Below the pieces are notes generated by a model, which was given only the letters and a program-made list of their open reading frames with translations, did not search any database and had not been told where the DNA came from. Source: the human T2T-CHM13v2.0 reference genome, Homo sapiens. From it: DNA of 64,000 bases. The translations under genes and the position numbers were made by a program. This document shows positions 16,051 to 28,985 of this stretch, piece by piece. The stretch is taken from assembly GCF_009914755.1 (NCBI RefSeq), contig NC_060937.1. The stretch is one strand, 5' to 3'. The first letter of the stretch is position 1, and the number at the start of each line of letters is the position of its first letter.

Positions 16051-19000
16051 ACGCTTGCTAAGAACTAGGTATGATGCTAGACATGGTAGTTGACTATCTG
16101 ATTTCCTCATAAAAACCCTGTGTCATTATTCCTATTTTTCATGTAATCCAGGCTTAAAGAAATATCCTCTCAAAGTCTAGTGCCAGTTGGGGGTGAAATC
16201 AGTAATCAAACCCAGTTTTTCCAGCTTCCTATGGTGCTGTTTGCTTCTCTGTCACTGAGATTTTTAAACTTCCAGAATGCAGAAAATTCCACATGAAACA
16301 TGTTTATTGAGTGGATTCATAGCATTAGAGCTATCAGTTTTGCTTCATTATTGGAAGCTCTAAAGTGGTCTTTGGGTCAGTGATTGTTAATTAACACTGG
16401 TTTTTATCAGATCACTTAGAGAGCTTTAAAAAAAATGCTCAGTTCACTCCTTGCCAATATTTTGGGGGTCTCAGATTTTTACAAAACTCCTCAAGTAAAC
16501 CTTTTGTGCAGCCAGGATTGGGAAACTCTGGGATTCTCTACTCAACCTGTGGCTTCCATGCTGCTGACCATTTCCCTCAGACGTCCTTGGAAGTACTCTG
16601 AGGTAGGTTAATTCCATTCAATGATCAGAAATGACCTTCAATATCTTCCATTGTCAAAGCCCAACCCCTGTTCTAGACCTACCCACCAAGTCTCTGGAAA
16701 TTGCAAGATGTCTGATTTAGATTCTATCAGCCCATTTGTTCATCAAGTTAAATTCTATAGGTCTGAAGAAATGAATGAGATTATTTTACGGTGCTGCCCA
16801 GTCTCTGGTTCTTTTTGTCAGTCACCATCCAGGTGCTTCCTGAAGAAATCGATCTTCCAGACCCTTATCTGTGGAAAGTAACATCTCAAAAATACATCAC
16901 CAAAAACTTCACACACAGAGACATAGTGAAGGACATTGTTTCCATCAAAGGGATATGCAGTCAATTGTAATTTTTCTTTTTTATATTAAGCAGAGCATAT
17001 TGTTTCCTTCCTTTGCATAATTAGAAGTGGCTGAATGGATTTCATCTGATTTTCTTTCTCTAAAAATTGCCTAAGTATTAAAAGCAAACATGGAAAGATT
17101 TATCCCCAAAGTAAATATTTGGGAGACAGTTATGGCACCTTAATCTTTGTTCCCTTGAATGCAATAATTAAGGAATTTAGATACCTATGTTCATATACTT
17201 CAATGTTCACTTAAAATATCTTAGTGTTCTGTGTTTTTCAGCACATTCTAACAAGCCATGTGCTATTGAATATGTCTATGATGTTTCCTTTTTTTTTCAA
17301 TTTTTGTGGGTACATAGTAGGTGAATATATTTATGGGGTACATTAGATGTTTTGATAGAGGCATGTAATGAGTAAATAATCACATCATGATAAATGGGGT
17401 ATAGATCCCCACAAGTATTCATCTTTTGTGTTATAATCCAATTATACTTTCTCTTATTTTTAAATGTACAATTAAATTATTGACTATAATCACCCTGTTG
17501 TGCTATCAAATCTATTGTGTTTCTTTGTATTTGATGTTTCATTATGATTTCTCTTACCTGACTCATTTGGTTGAGAAATTCCCAGTTTTCAGGTCTTTCT
17601 GTGAAAAGTGTATTATGTACAATGTTTATTGTTTTGCTTTCTTGTATTATATTAGAGTCTGTTTGCACATTTTCCATAGAGAACTAGGGGCTACTCAAAG
17701 CTGTTCTTGGAATTCAATTTTTATCTGTGCGATCTACACTCTTTAAGAAAACATAGGAAGAGATATTTGGCCCGACTGCCAAGTAATCTCTAAGACGCTT
17801 CCCAAAGTCTCTTTCTCAGAATACTCAACTAAAAGTAATAAGTTGTAATCAAATCAAATGCCTGAGTTTTGGGTCCTGCCAAATGGAAGAAAGGGTTTTG
17901 GGGAGTGTCCCTCTGCAGAATAAAAAGCCCCGAGTTTAAGAATGTGTCCTGGATTAATTCTGTTCTTGACCTCACAGCAAAATGAGCTGAGTTGTCTCAT
18001 GTGGCATCATACAACCTTATTCCCTCACGCAGCTCCAAAAAATGTGAGTGGGTTTCCGAGAACAATAGCTCCCTGGGGGAACTATTATCCGAAAGAATTG
18101 TGCAACTTCTATTTTCCACAAAGGACTCAGCAGGGAAATTTTTAAAATTTCTCCTCTAGATGTGCTGAGAGAGGGCAGTCCTCTCCTGTCTGAATGACTG
18201 AGTCCCAGAAACTTTGAATGGAGGCTTGCCAAGAGATTCCGCACTGTAACTCTGTCCTCAAATGCCCATCAGGTAGAGGGTGTGGCCTGGAAAAAAGTCT
18301 GCACATATTCATTTTCCATTCAGTCATCATAGTAAGTGCAGTTCCCACAGTCGGTTGACTGGGGTTGTTTGTTGTTTGGGCCATTGCAGAACTGACTGAA
18401 ATGCCAGGCACTTGACCTGATCTGGTTGTTATGAAGTCCAAATGCAAGGGAAAGCCACTGACATTTTAGAGACCAGTGATTCAGGCCATATTTATCACTG
18501 ATTCAGATGTCTATGAAGGATTCCGAGTGACCATTAGGACACCAGACTTTCTAATGCCCAGAAGTTGCTGATCAACCGGGAATATTAGTACAGTTACAGC
18601 CTTAATTGATCACAAACTATGGATATTTTTTCCACTTTATTTGACTTTTGAGAGTGTCAGCCAACAGCTATTGACACCCATTTTGGTGAAATACATTGCT
18701 TCCAGGGAGCAATGACTATTTGAAAAATGTGGTCTTTGCCCTAGGGGATTTCACAGCCTCCATGAGGGAAACGTTATTGGCTCACTGGCGGTGTTCAAAT
18801 AAAGAAGAAAATGTAAGGCAGGAAGATCTTCCTTTGGGGGTCCCAAAAGGAAGCAATTGGAGAGCAAGCCTCCGTGTTCCCAGCCTCCAGGAAGCCATCA
18901 GTTGGATGTCATGGATGGATGGAGGGATCAGAGACACACAGAGTTTCAAAGCAGGAGGTAGGATTATGGCATATGGAAAGTACTATCCACATGTTTGCCA

Positions 19001-20823
19001 GATAATCATAACATCAAGCCATGTAGTATGACTCTTTCACTGTCAAAACCCCCACTTAAACATATTTAAACAAAAAAAGAGGGGAGGTAGGAAATTCATT
19101 AATATTCCTAAAAAGCTCAGAATTACATGCACACTTTGCTGTACACAGGTATTCACATGATAGACTCAGGTTGCTGTCTTTCATCCTTTAAAGTTGAATA
19201 TGACTTTGAGTAGCCCGTGTTGGGTGTTCTGTGATGCAGACTCTTAAGAGTTGAAAGAGACTGTAGAGATTACTTGGCAACCACTCCAAATTCCTCTTCA
19301 TCTGTTTCCCCTAAAAAGTGTAAGCTAAACATGGCTCATTGGATCAACTTTGGGTCATGTCTCCATTCCGGTGCCAAGAATGGTGAGTGGGAGAGGTGAA
19401 ATATTTTGACTGGTCGGGATTGATGACATGCTATCCCCCACCCCATACCCAGGGTGGTTATGCATGAAAAATACCATCTGTGGCCAGAAGATGAGGCAAT
19501 GGATCCAAAGCCAGAATAAAAAAAAAAAATCTTCACTAAAAATATGATGCATTCTGTATTTACTATGTGTTAGGAAGTGTGCAAAAAACTTTATAAACGG
19601 TAAACCATTTCATCTGTCCAAACATCCTATGAAAGTGGAATGATATTCAAAATATTAACATAGGCATCTATGTATCAGAACATATGTTGGAGAATCCCTG
19701 TGCACCTGGCAGGATCCTGGAGGCCCAGAATGCACCAAGCATTAACCCTTTATTTCCTGGATCATGGGCACTTTGGGGGGAAAAGAGTTCTTATGGGAGA
19801 GGCCAGGGAAGTTGAATGGTGAAAAAGCACATGGGGGGCTCAAGGCAAGAGAGCTGTGTGAACTCTTTCAGAAGTAATTTAGCATTTTCTAATGGCTGGG
19901 AGAGCCATGCTCATGCATATCAGCTGTATGATAGCCATAGAATTAAGGACTATCTCCAGTCTACAAATGAGGAAACTTTATCTCACAGAGTATAACTTGC
20001 TCAAGGCCACATTAGTAAACTGTGGAAATAAAGTCAACGCTAGTTCTGTTTCATTCTAAAGTCCATGCCATACAAAAAAAAAAAAAATTGATTCAGACAT
20101 TTCCCCCATTTATTTTAATGTGTTTTTGCATACCCATGTCTTGCCCTTGAATGAAAAACAGGAGGCTTTCCTGAAGACTGCTGTGGCCTCAGTGCTTCCA
20201 GAGTGACTTTTATTGGTAAGACAGAACTCACAAAGATGCCCAGGATTTCAAACCGCCACCTTCGCGTCACTCACTCCATTACCATAATTACTATTCCCTC
20301 AAATGCTAATGGAGTGTCTAACATATTCAATATTTGCTCCTGAGAACAATAAGACATAAAAGCAATGGTATAAGCATGGATCTTTTCTTGTATCATTTAG
20401 ATTACAACCTAAACTTTGCTGCAAAAACTCAAAGAAATTTTTTACTAGAAAGGTAAAATGTTTTTGGACATATTTTAGGAGTGATTAAGACTCACTTTTA
20501 ATATTTTGTAAAAGTTGATTCTGGAATGTCAGCCACTCCCACCCCTCACCTAATTGTGAATTCCTCCATAGCAAGTATAAGCACTGGGGAATACTGCACT
20601 AGTCTTTTTGCTGCTTTTGACATTGAGAATGATTTTATTCCTCCCCTAATAACATTGTAGTAGTCACTGGAGAAGCATAGATGAGTCAAATAATGTCCTT
20701 AGACTATAATTATGTGGAGGAAACAGGTACAAAAAACCCCAAGAATTGTAATAAGTTGTTATTATTTGCTAAATATAAAGGAGTTTTGCATGATGGTCTT
20801 TGAAGTTGCATTGCTTGGGTTAG

Positions 20824-20950
20824 AATCCCAGCTCTAACTTGGGAGGCTGAGGTGGGAGGATCACTTGAGCCAGGAGGTTGAGGCTGCCACTGCACTCAGC
20901 CTGGGTGACAAAATGAGACCCTGTCCAAAAAAAAAAAAAAAAAGAAAAAA
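20824..20950 (+). mobile_element. 5'-truncated Alu right arm inside a MIR
   Basis: ttgggaggctgaggtgggaggatcacttgagcc...A tail; AATCCCAGCT on both sides. Confidence 0.8.
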
Positions 20951-21070
20951 CTAAATCCCAGCTTCAGCTCCACCACTGAAACACACTGAGGCTCAGTTTC
21001 CTAATCTGTGATAAGGGGACATAAAAATATCTCCTTCATATAGCTGTTGTGAGGATTATTAAAATGACCC

Positions 21071-21454
<384 letters not shown>

Positions 21455-22469
21455 TCAGACCACTGAATTAGAGGTAGCTTCCTGGAGGAAATATTACTTT
21501 AATAAATTCTGGAGGATAAATAAAAATTGGAGTAAGATGAAGGAAGTGGAAAAGTTATTGAGATAAGGAATGTTAGGTATTAAAGCAAGGTAAGAAATAT
21601 TAAGATAAGAAGGCAGTGGACGCCATGTTATCAGGGTGTTAGAATGAAGGGAGTGAGGAGCTAGAGAAACAGATTATGCCATGATGTGTGGGCCTATGTG
21701 TCACATGTTTTGTGTTTATCACAGGGTCTGTAGCAGTATCTTGCACAGTGTTGTGTATATGAATGAATTCGTGAGTAAATGCGTAAATGAAAATACATCT
21801 TAGGTTCCTAGAGCTCTGGAAGTGGGGAGTGGAGAAAACCTTTGCTACTGAGCCACCTACATTTTCATCATAAAAAGGCAGATACTACAAAGATGCTGGA
21901 GTGAAACCAGCATCTTTAATCTCTAAGAGTGAAACCTAGAAACTAGCAACAATGGAAAGTTGTCACAAGCATTAGACTGAAGTGACAAAGAGGAGAGATG
22001 GTGTCTGTTGCCTGGTGAAAGCTAGAGTGAGAAGGAAGAGGTGTAGCCACAAGGGGTCTGGAGGGGCACACAGTTGCTGCCAAAGATGCTTCCCTGAAGC
22101 AGGGAAGGAAAAGGAAGCCATGCCTCCACTTCCCACTTTTCCAGCCCACCAATCTCCTGCTGATGTCTTCTATTGTGGAAGTCAGCCCTCAAAGCAGTTC
22201 CAGCAGGTTTCTCTCCTAGCAGGAGAGAAAACAGACAATGGATCGGGATGGGTCAAATGAGGGAATAACCACCACAGATGTTAAGGTCATTAACACATCT
22301 TAAGATGTGCTTGGTCCATTTTAAAGACTACTCACTGGGATTTAACTCCATGTGACTTCTTATTGTCTGAGGCAATCCAGAGGTGTTCAGCTTTGGTTCA
22401 AAAGTGGGCAGAGATGGGCCCATGTGAGACAATGGATGGGGCCAATCTAACTGCTTGAAACTGGGAATA

Positions 22470-22885
22470 AGTCAGTCAGAGTTCTGGAAGCTGAGAAGTC
22501 TAAGATCAAGGTGCTGGCTGATTTGATTCCTGGTGTGGGTCCTTTTCCTGGCTTGTAAACAGACATCTTCTGGATGTGTCCTCTCCTAGAGGCGGGGGTG
22601 GGGGTGGGGGTGGAGGTGGAGGTGAAGGTGGAGAGGGAGGTGGAGGTGGAGAGGGAGGTGGAGGTGGAGAGGGAGGTGGAGGTGGAGAGGGAGGTGGAGA
22701 GGGAGAGGGAGAGGGCATTCTGGTATTTTTTTTTTTATAAGGGCACTAATCCCACTGTGATGACAACCCCATCCTGATGACCTCATCTAACCCTCCCAAA
22801 GTCCCTACTTCCTCATACCATCATACTGGGGGTTAAGTCTTCAACATATGAACCTTGGAGGACACAAACCTTCAGTCCTTAACAC
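22470..22885 (-). mobile_element. MLT1A/MST-type LTR containing a purine repeat
   Basis: gttctggaagctgagaagtctaagatcaaggtgctggc...ttataagggcactaatccc...acaaaccttcagtccttaaca. Confidence 0.75.
22590..22715 (+). repeat. (GGGGGT)/(GGAGGT)/(GGAGAG) G-rich repeat
   Basis: Visible 6/18-bp periodicity; G4- or triplex-prone composition. Confidence 0.9.
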
Positions 22886-24236
22886 TACCCTATGTCCTCA
22901 ATAAAGTAACATAAGTACTTCACAGGAAGAAAGCCAAATCCAGGATAAAGAAATGAGGCAAGAAACAGTGATGAAGTCCAGAAATTGGGTAATGCATATT
23001 GTTAGAAGTTGGTAAATACTTACACTGATAAATTTAATTTCTGTAAAATAAAAAGCAACCACTGCATTGTGTTTTTCTAAAAGGTGGAGTGTTTAATGAG
23101 ACAACAATGAAAAGTCTTTATATCTAATTGATGCTAAAATTTAATTGGCCATTGCCTGATTTTTTTTTTCATGGTAGCTATAATTTCTTACAGCCTCAAG
23201 CATTACATAATAAACACTCATTTTCATGACCAGTTTTTTAAATAAATCTTTTATTTTAGAATAGTTTTAGATTTACAGAAAGTTGCATAGACCCAGTTCC
23301 CTCCATTGTTAACATCTTACCTTACTACCGTACATTTATTATAACCAAGGGACCAATGTTTGCACACTATTAACTGAACTCTATTGTTTATTTGGATGTC
23401 AGTAGTTTGTTGCTAATTCCCTTTTTCTGTTCCAGGATCCATCCAGTTTAACCTATTAAATTTAGCCATCATCTTTCCCTAACTGCAATAGATTCTCAGG
23501 TTGTCCTTGTTTTTGCTGACTTTGAGGGTTTTGAGAAACACTGGTCAGGTATTTTGTAGAACATTCCTCAGTGTTGGTTTGTCTGATACTCTGGTTGGAC
23601 TGGGGTTCTATGTTTTGAGAAGAAGATCACAGGAGGCTCTAGGAAAGAATCTGTTTCCAAGTTCTTTCAGGTGGTTGGCAGAATCCAGTTTCTTGCTGTT
23701 TGCGGACCAAGGCCCCTCTTTCCTTGTTGGCTGTCAGTGAGGCTGCTCTCAACTCCTAGAGGCCACCCACATCAAAGGCCGCATGGCTCCAGCCATTTTC
23801 CTCACATTCAGCCTGTCTCATACTTCACGTTTCTCTGGCTTCCAGGTTTCTCACTTCTAGACCCAGAGATCGAGCATACAAGCATCTCCCCATCTTAAGG
23901 CCAACTGATTTGGAACCTTAATTACATCTGTAAAATATTTTTACAGCAACACCTAGTTAGCGTATGATTGAATAACTATGAAAGGTATGTGCATATCAGA
24001 GCCAGGAATGTGAGAACATCTTAAATTCTGTCTACCAGAGAGAGAGAGAGAGGAAGGAGTGGGTGTGTTGAGAGAGAGAATGAATATCATGAAGCAGCAT
24101 CATTTTGTGTTTGTCTCTCTGTTTGCTCTGGCTTTATTTCTACTTCTATATTTCTTTCTCCCAATCTCTTCCCTAACAAAAATTATGTGCATGGGTTTTA
24201 CATTGCAGTAAAATTGAATTATAACATTAAAATACT

Positions 24237-24536
<300 letters not shown>

Positions 24537-24726
24537 CTAAATTAAATTAAAAATCAAATTTAAAAATTGAAATACCCTTACATTCATCTTGTCTGCAGAT
24601 TTTCCAACTTTGTGAATAGTGGGTTTTTTAATGTTCCTAAAGAATGTGAATCTGCCTGACAAAAGGATTCTCAGACTGTCACCTTCATAGGTAGCTATTT
24701 TTTCTTAATGTGTATGCAAGGATATA

Positions 24727-25112
24727 CAGTGGGGCCCTTTGTATCCATGCATTCCACATCCAGTTTCAACCCACCTTGGATAGAAAATATTTTAAAATAC
24801 AATAAAAATAATACAACAATAACAATACTATACAATTTAATAAAAATACAGTATAATGATACTATAAAATAACAAATACAATAAAAATAATAAAATTCAA
24901 AAAATTCAGTATAACAACTATTTACATAACATTTACATTGTATTATATTGGGTCTTGTAAGTAATCTAGAGATGATTTAAAGTATGAGAGGACTGTATAG
25001 ATTATATGCAAATACTATATCATTTTATATCAGGGACTTGAGCATCCATATATTTTGCTATCTACGAGGGGTCCTAAAACCAATCCCTCCATTGGATACT
25101 GAGGGGCGACTG
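24727..25112 (-). mobile_element. MER2 (Tigger MITE)
   Basis: TA-flanked TIRs cagtggggccct...gaggggcgactg and typical internal sequence. Confidence 0.8.
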
Positions 25113-25548
25113 TATCTTCTTCTAAAATGTATTTTTAAATTACATATGTAATACAGATCAATATTAAATATATTAATACAGAGAATACTATTAAAATATA
25201 ATTAGGTCCCTTTTAAAAATGGTAGTGTACACCTGGGGAAGCCAGGCGGTCACCTGATGCGTGACTGCATGGTGCCTGTGGATATGCCAGCAACATTTGT
25301 CAGTTCATGGTGGTATGCTGTCTATTAGATAACTACCAGCCTGTCATTTCAGCACATATTTGTAGTAGTATTCAATATTCATTATATGTTAAAACATGTA
25401 TTCTACTCAACTTTCCACATGGAGCTTTCTGAAAGATGGCAGTTTAAAATCAAAAGCCAACTCTGTGGCTCTGAACAAGCACAAAGTTGAACAGTTCAGA
25501 ATGAAGAAGAATAATTTCAGCCCCAGATCCTGAAAAACTGGAAGGTGA

Positions 25549-25683
<135 letters not shown>

Positions 25684-25929
25684 TAGACTTGATGTTGCAG
25701 CTGATATGAAGTTCTGACTCAGTCCCATTGTTCCAGACATTAATACATGATAGAGATGTAAGATAGAGTTCACTAAATACCTATTCAATATGTTTGTGTT
25801 TCCTAATAAAAAGCATAAACCAAAAGATTATTTTATCTTTGATATAGTTCATTCTCAATAAAATCAAATCAAATCTGTTATTAATTTTCCACTATAATGT
25901 GTATTAAAAGCATATAAATTATCAATAAT

Positions 25930-26390
25930 AAACATACAACTCACAAATTAAGCAAAAGGTTTGAACAGACCTTTCACTAAAAAAAGAATCTACAAGGCCA
26001 GGCACAGCTATCACATGTTCCCACTCATATGTGGGAGCTAAAAAAAATTGATCACCTGGAGGTAAAGAGTGAAGCGACAGACACCGGGGACTAGGAAAGG
26101 CGTGTGAGTGGAAGAGACGGATGAAGAGAAGTCAGCTATTGGGTACAAACAGATAGAAAACTAAGTTCTAATCATGGAAGAGTACTATAGTTAACAACAA
26201 TGTATTATACTTTTAAAAAAGCTAGAAAAAAGGACTTGAAATATGCCCAACACATAGAAATGGCAAATAACTGGGGTGACAAATACCCTAAATACAAATT
26301 CCTGATTTGATCATTACACATTCTATGCATGTGATGAAATTTTACATGTACTCCATAAATATGTGCAAATATAATGTATCAAAAATAAAT
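25930..26390 (+). mobile_element. L1MA 3' end fragments
   Basis: cacatgttcccactcatatgtgggagctaaaa...gtactatagttaacaacaatgtatt...tttgatcattacacatt. Confidence 0.75.
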
Positions 26391-26394
26391 CCCT

Positions 26395-26880
26395 GGCCAG
26401 TCACGGTGGCTCACGCCTTTAATCCCAGTACTTTGGGAGGCTGAGGAGGGTGAATTACCTGAGGTCAGAAGTTCGAGATCAGCCTAGCCAACCTGGCAAA
26501 ACCCCGTCTCTACTAAAAATACAAAAGTTAGCCGGGCGTGGTGGCACACGCCTGTAGTCCCAGCTACTCAAGAGGCTGAGGCAGAAGAATCACTTGAACC
26601 TGGGATGCAGAGGTTGCAGTGAGCCGAGATCGTGCCATTGCACTCTAGCCTGAACATTGAAAGTTGGTGAATTTCATTTTGTATAACACATGCCTTAATA
26701 ATCCCGAGTAGCTGGGATTGCAGGCATGCGCCACCACGCCCAGCTAATTTTGTATTTTTAGTAGAGATGGGGTTTCTCCGTGTTGGTCAGGCTGGTCTCG
26801 AACTCCCAACCTCAGGTGATCCACCCGCCTCGGCCTCCCAAAGTGCTGGGATTACAGATAGCAGCCACTGGTGCCCGGCC
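26395..26880. mobile_element. Two tail-less inverted Alus (+26395-26652, -26702-26880) joined by a 49-bp spacer
   Basis: The sense Alu stops at tctagcctg and the antisense Alu begins mid right arm at tcccgagtagctggg. Confidence 0.9.
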
Positions 26881-28094
26881 ATTTTCTCCCCTTTTTTTGT
26901 CTCTCCTCCTTAGAATTTGTCATCAGCCACTATGAAAGGCTAAAATAATAATTCTACACCAAGACCATATTTGTCCAACTGACATGGCAGTCCTGGTTTT
27001 GGAAAGTCTGTAACTCCCTAGTCCTACAGAATTTTGTCCCCATGCCCATTGCCTCCATCTCTTAACTAGTGTCTGGCCCCCATCTCTCCCCATTTAGATC
27101 CATTCTCCATACATGCCAACATTACCTTTCTAAAAACCAAGTCTGATCATGTCAATTTTAGGTTTAAAAGTTAAACCTTTTGCTTGATTTCCCCCACTGT
27201 TAAAGATAAAGTTGTGTGTTGTGCCAGTTAGAATTCTTAACAAAAATTCTTAATTCTGTCTTCTAGCCTCATCTGCCGCCTTCCATCATGGACCCTCTGT
27301 TCCTTAACAGTGCATTGCCTGTTTCTAGGTTTTTGCCGTGTTCTTCCTCCTTTCCAATATGCCCTCCCTGCCATTCCCTTCCTTCCCATGTGCTGTCTGG
27401 CTTGGGCCCCTACTGCTCCTCTCTGAGCAAGGGGATGAGATTCCTCTGATGGTTTGGGTCAGTAGTTCTCAACTCTGATCAGAATCACCCCTTATTCCAG
27501 AGATCCCAAGTCAATAGATACAGGAGTGGCTGCACGTGAGAGAATTTCTTGAAGTTCCCAGCTGATTCTAATGTGCAGCCAGGTTTGTGAACCACTGGCC
27601 TCAGCCCATTCAAGACAAGTTGCAGCCACTGGTTGGGAGAGCAAGGGGTGGATGGATGTTGGAAAGGCAGACACAGTTCCCTCCACTAGTACCAGGATGC
27701 CTGTACCACTGGGCTTTATTAATAGGGCAAATGCCCCTGGAGGAGAGCCGCCCTGAATTCGTTAATATTTTAAAGTGAAATTGTAGTCTATGAATCCCAT
27801 TTCCTATGTGAATTTGAAAAACAACACTACATGTTTTCTAGACATTCCATTTGGTTTAGTCTACAGGTGATGCCTGGTGAGCATATTTATCGAGGGGATG
27901 CTTCCGTCTCCACAGTTCTTTGCGGCTTTTGTCCACTAGATGGGAACCAACTGCCAATCTCCCTTGGCCTCCTGTAGAGATAAGGGATGGACCATCATAG
28001 TAGGTAAATGAGTGATCAGTCCACCTTCCTTGCAGCGCCCAGAGTCCCAGAAGGTTACCTGTGATTTTATGTGTGCACACACACACATGTACAC

Positions 28095-28319
28095 ACACAG
28101 GGCTGCCCTGGGTGCCTGCGGCTAACACGAGGGAAGGCGCTCAGGAGCCCACGAACCGCACGAGTGGGGAGTGGCGGCCAGGAGGGAACCAGGCAGCATC
28201 AGGCCCACTTTTGTGGGAGGACTGGATCCCTTTAAACTCTATCCAGGCCTGCCTTGCCACCTATTCCCTGCGCGCTTCATTTTCTTTTCTTGCGATCGGT
28301 GAACTAACAGGGTGCAGAT

Positions 28320-28356
<37 letters not shown>

Positions 28357-28985
28357 AAAAGAAAAAAAAATTCTAGAAAATCCCACCCAGGCACGTCCCT
28401 GGTCAGGACTTTAGACCCGGTGGCTACCACGTGGCCATGGCTAGCTGTGTCCACACGGCCCCTCCGAAGCGCCTTGGCCCCAGCTGCACTCTCCTCGCCC
28501 CCTTCCTCCCAGTGGGAACGAGCCAGCCAGCGAGCCCTCTCCCCACGGGTGGCACCCGCACCCCTCCTTGCCCCCGGGCCCCGGCCTGTCATCGCTTTCC
28601 AGGGGGCAGGCGAGCTCCCGGGCCGGCGGCAGAGGGCGGGCGCCTGTGATCCGTGGCCAGGGAGCGCGTGCGCGCCGAGCATCTGGGGGCGCCCTCCTGT
28701 GATCCCCCGCCAGGCCCAGCTCTGTGGCAGCGGCCGTACACACGGCCTCCCGCCCGGCCCGGGGCCCGACGCTCCCGCGGAAAGCGGCCCGGGGCAGAGG
28801 ATCGGGGAACCGGGCTCAGCCCGGTGACTATGGCCCGGCGAAGTCCCCCCGGAAGCCTCGCGCGTCCACCTGCACCCAGCCCCTGACCTTCCCAGCGGGG
28901 AGCTTCAATGACCACTCGCTTCCCACGGAACCAGGGGGCACTGGGCCGCATGCCACAGAACAATCCCCTTGGGGCTGCTCGTCAT
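28095..28985. promoter_or_regulatory. Orphan CpG island (candidate promoter/enhancer)
   Basis: Abrupt GC- and CpG-rich non-repeat block in an AT-rich background. Contains CCACGTGG E-box (28427-28434), GC box (28633-28640) and NRF1-like GCGCGTGCGC (28664-28673). Confidence 0.75.

Noticed and set aside
22506-22786. Poly-Pro / EVER-repeat ORFs
   Set aside because: Simple G-rich repeat within an LTR.
28590-28945. CTCF-like CCAGGGGGCA cores (~28599, ~28931)
   Set aside because: Both lack the upstream CC of the consensus; too weak to call without ChIP data.
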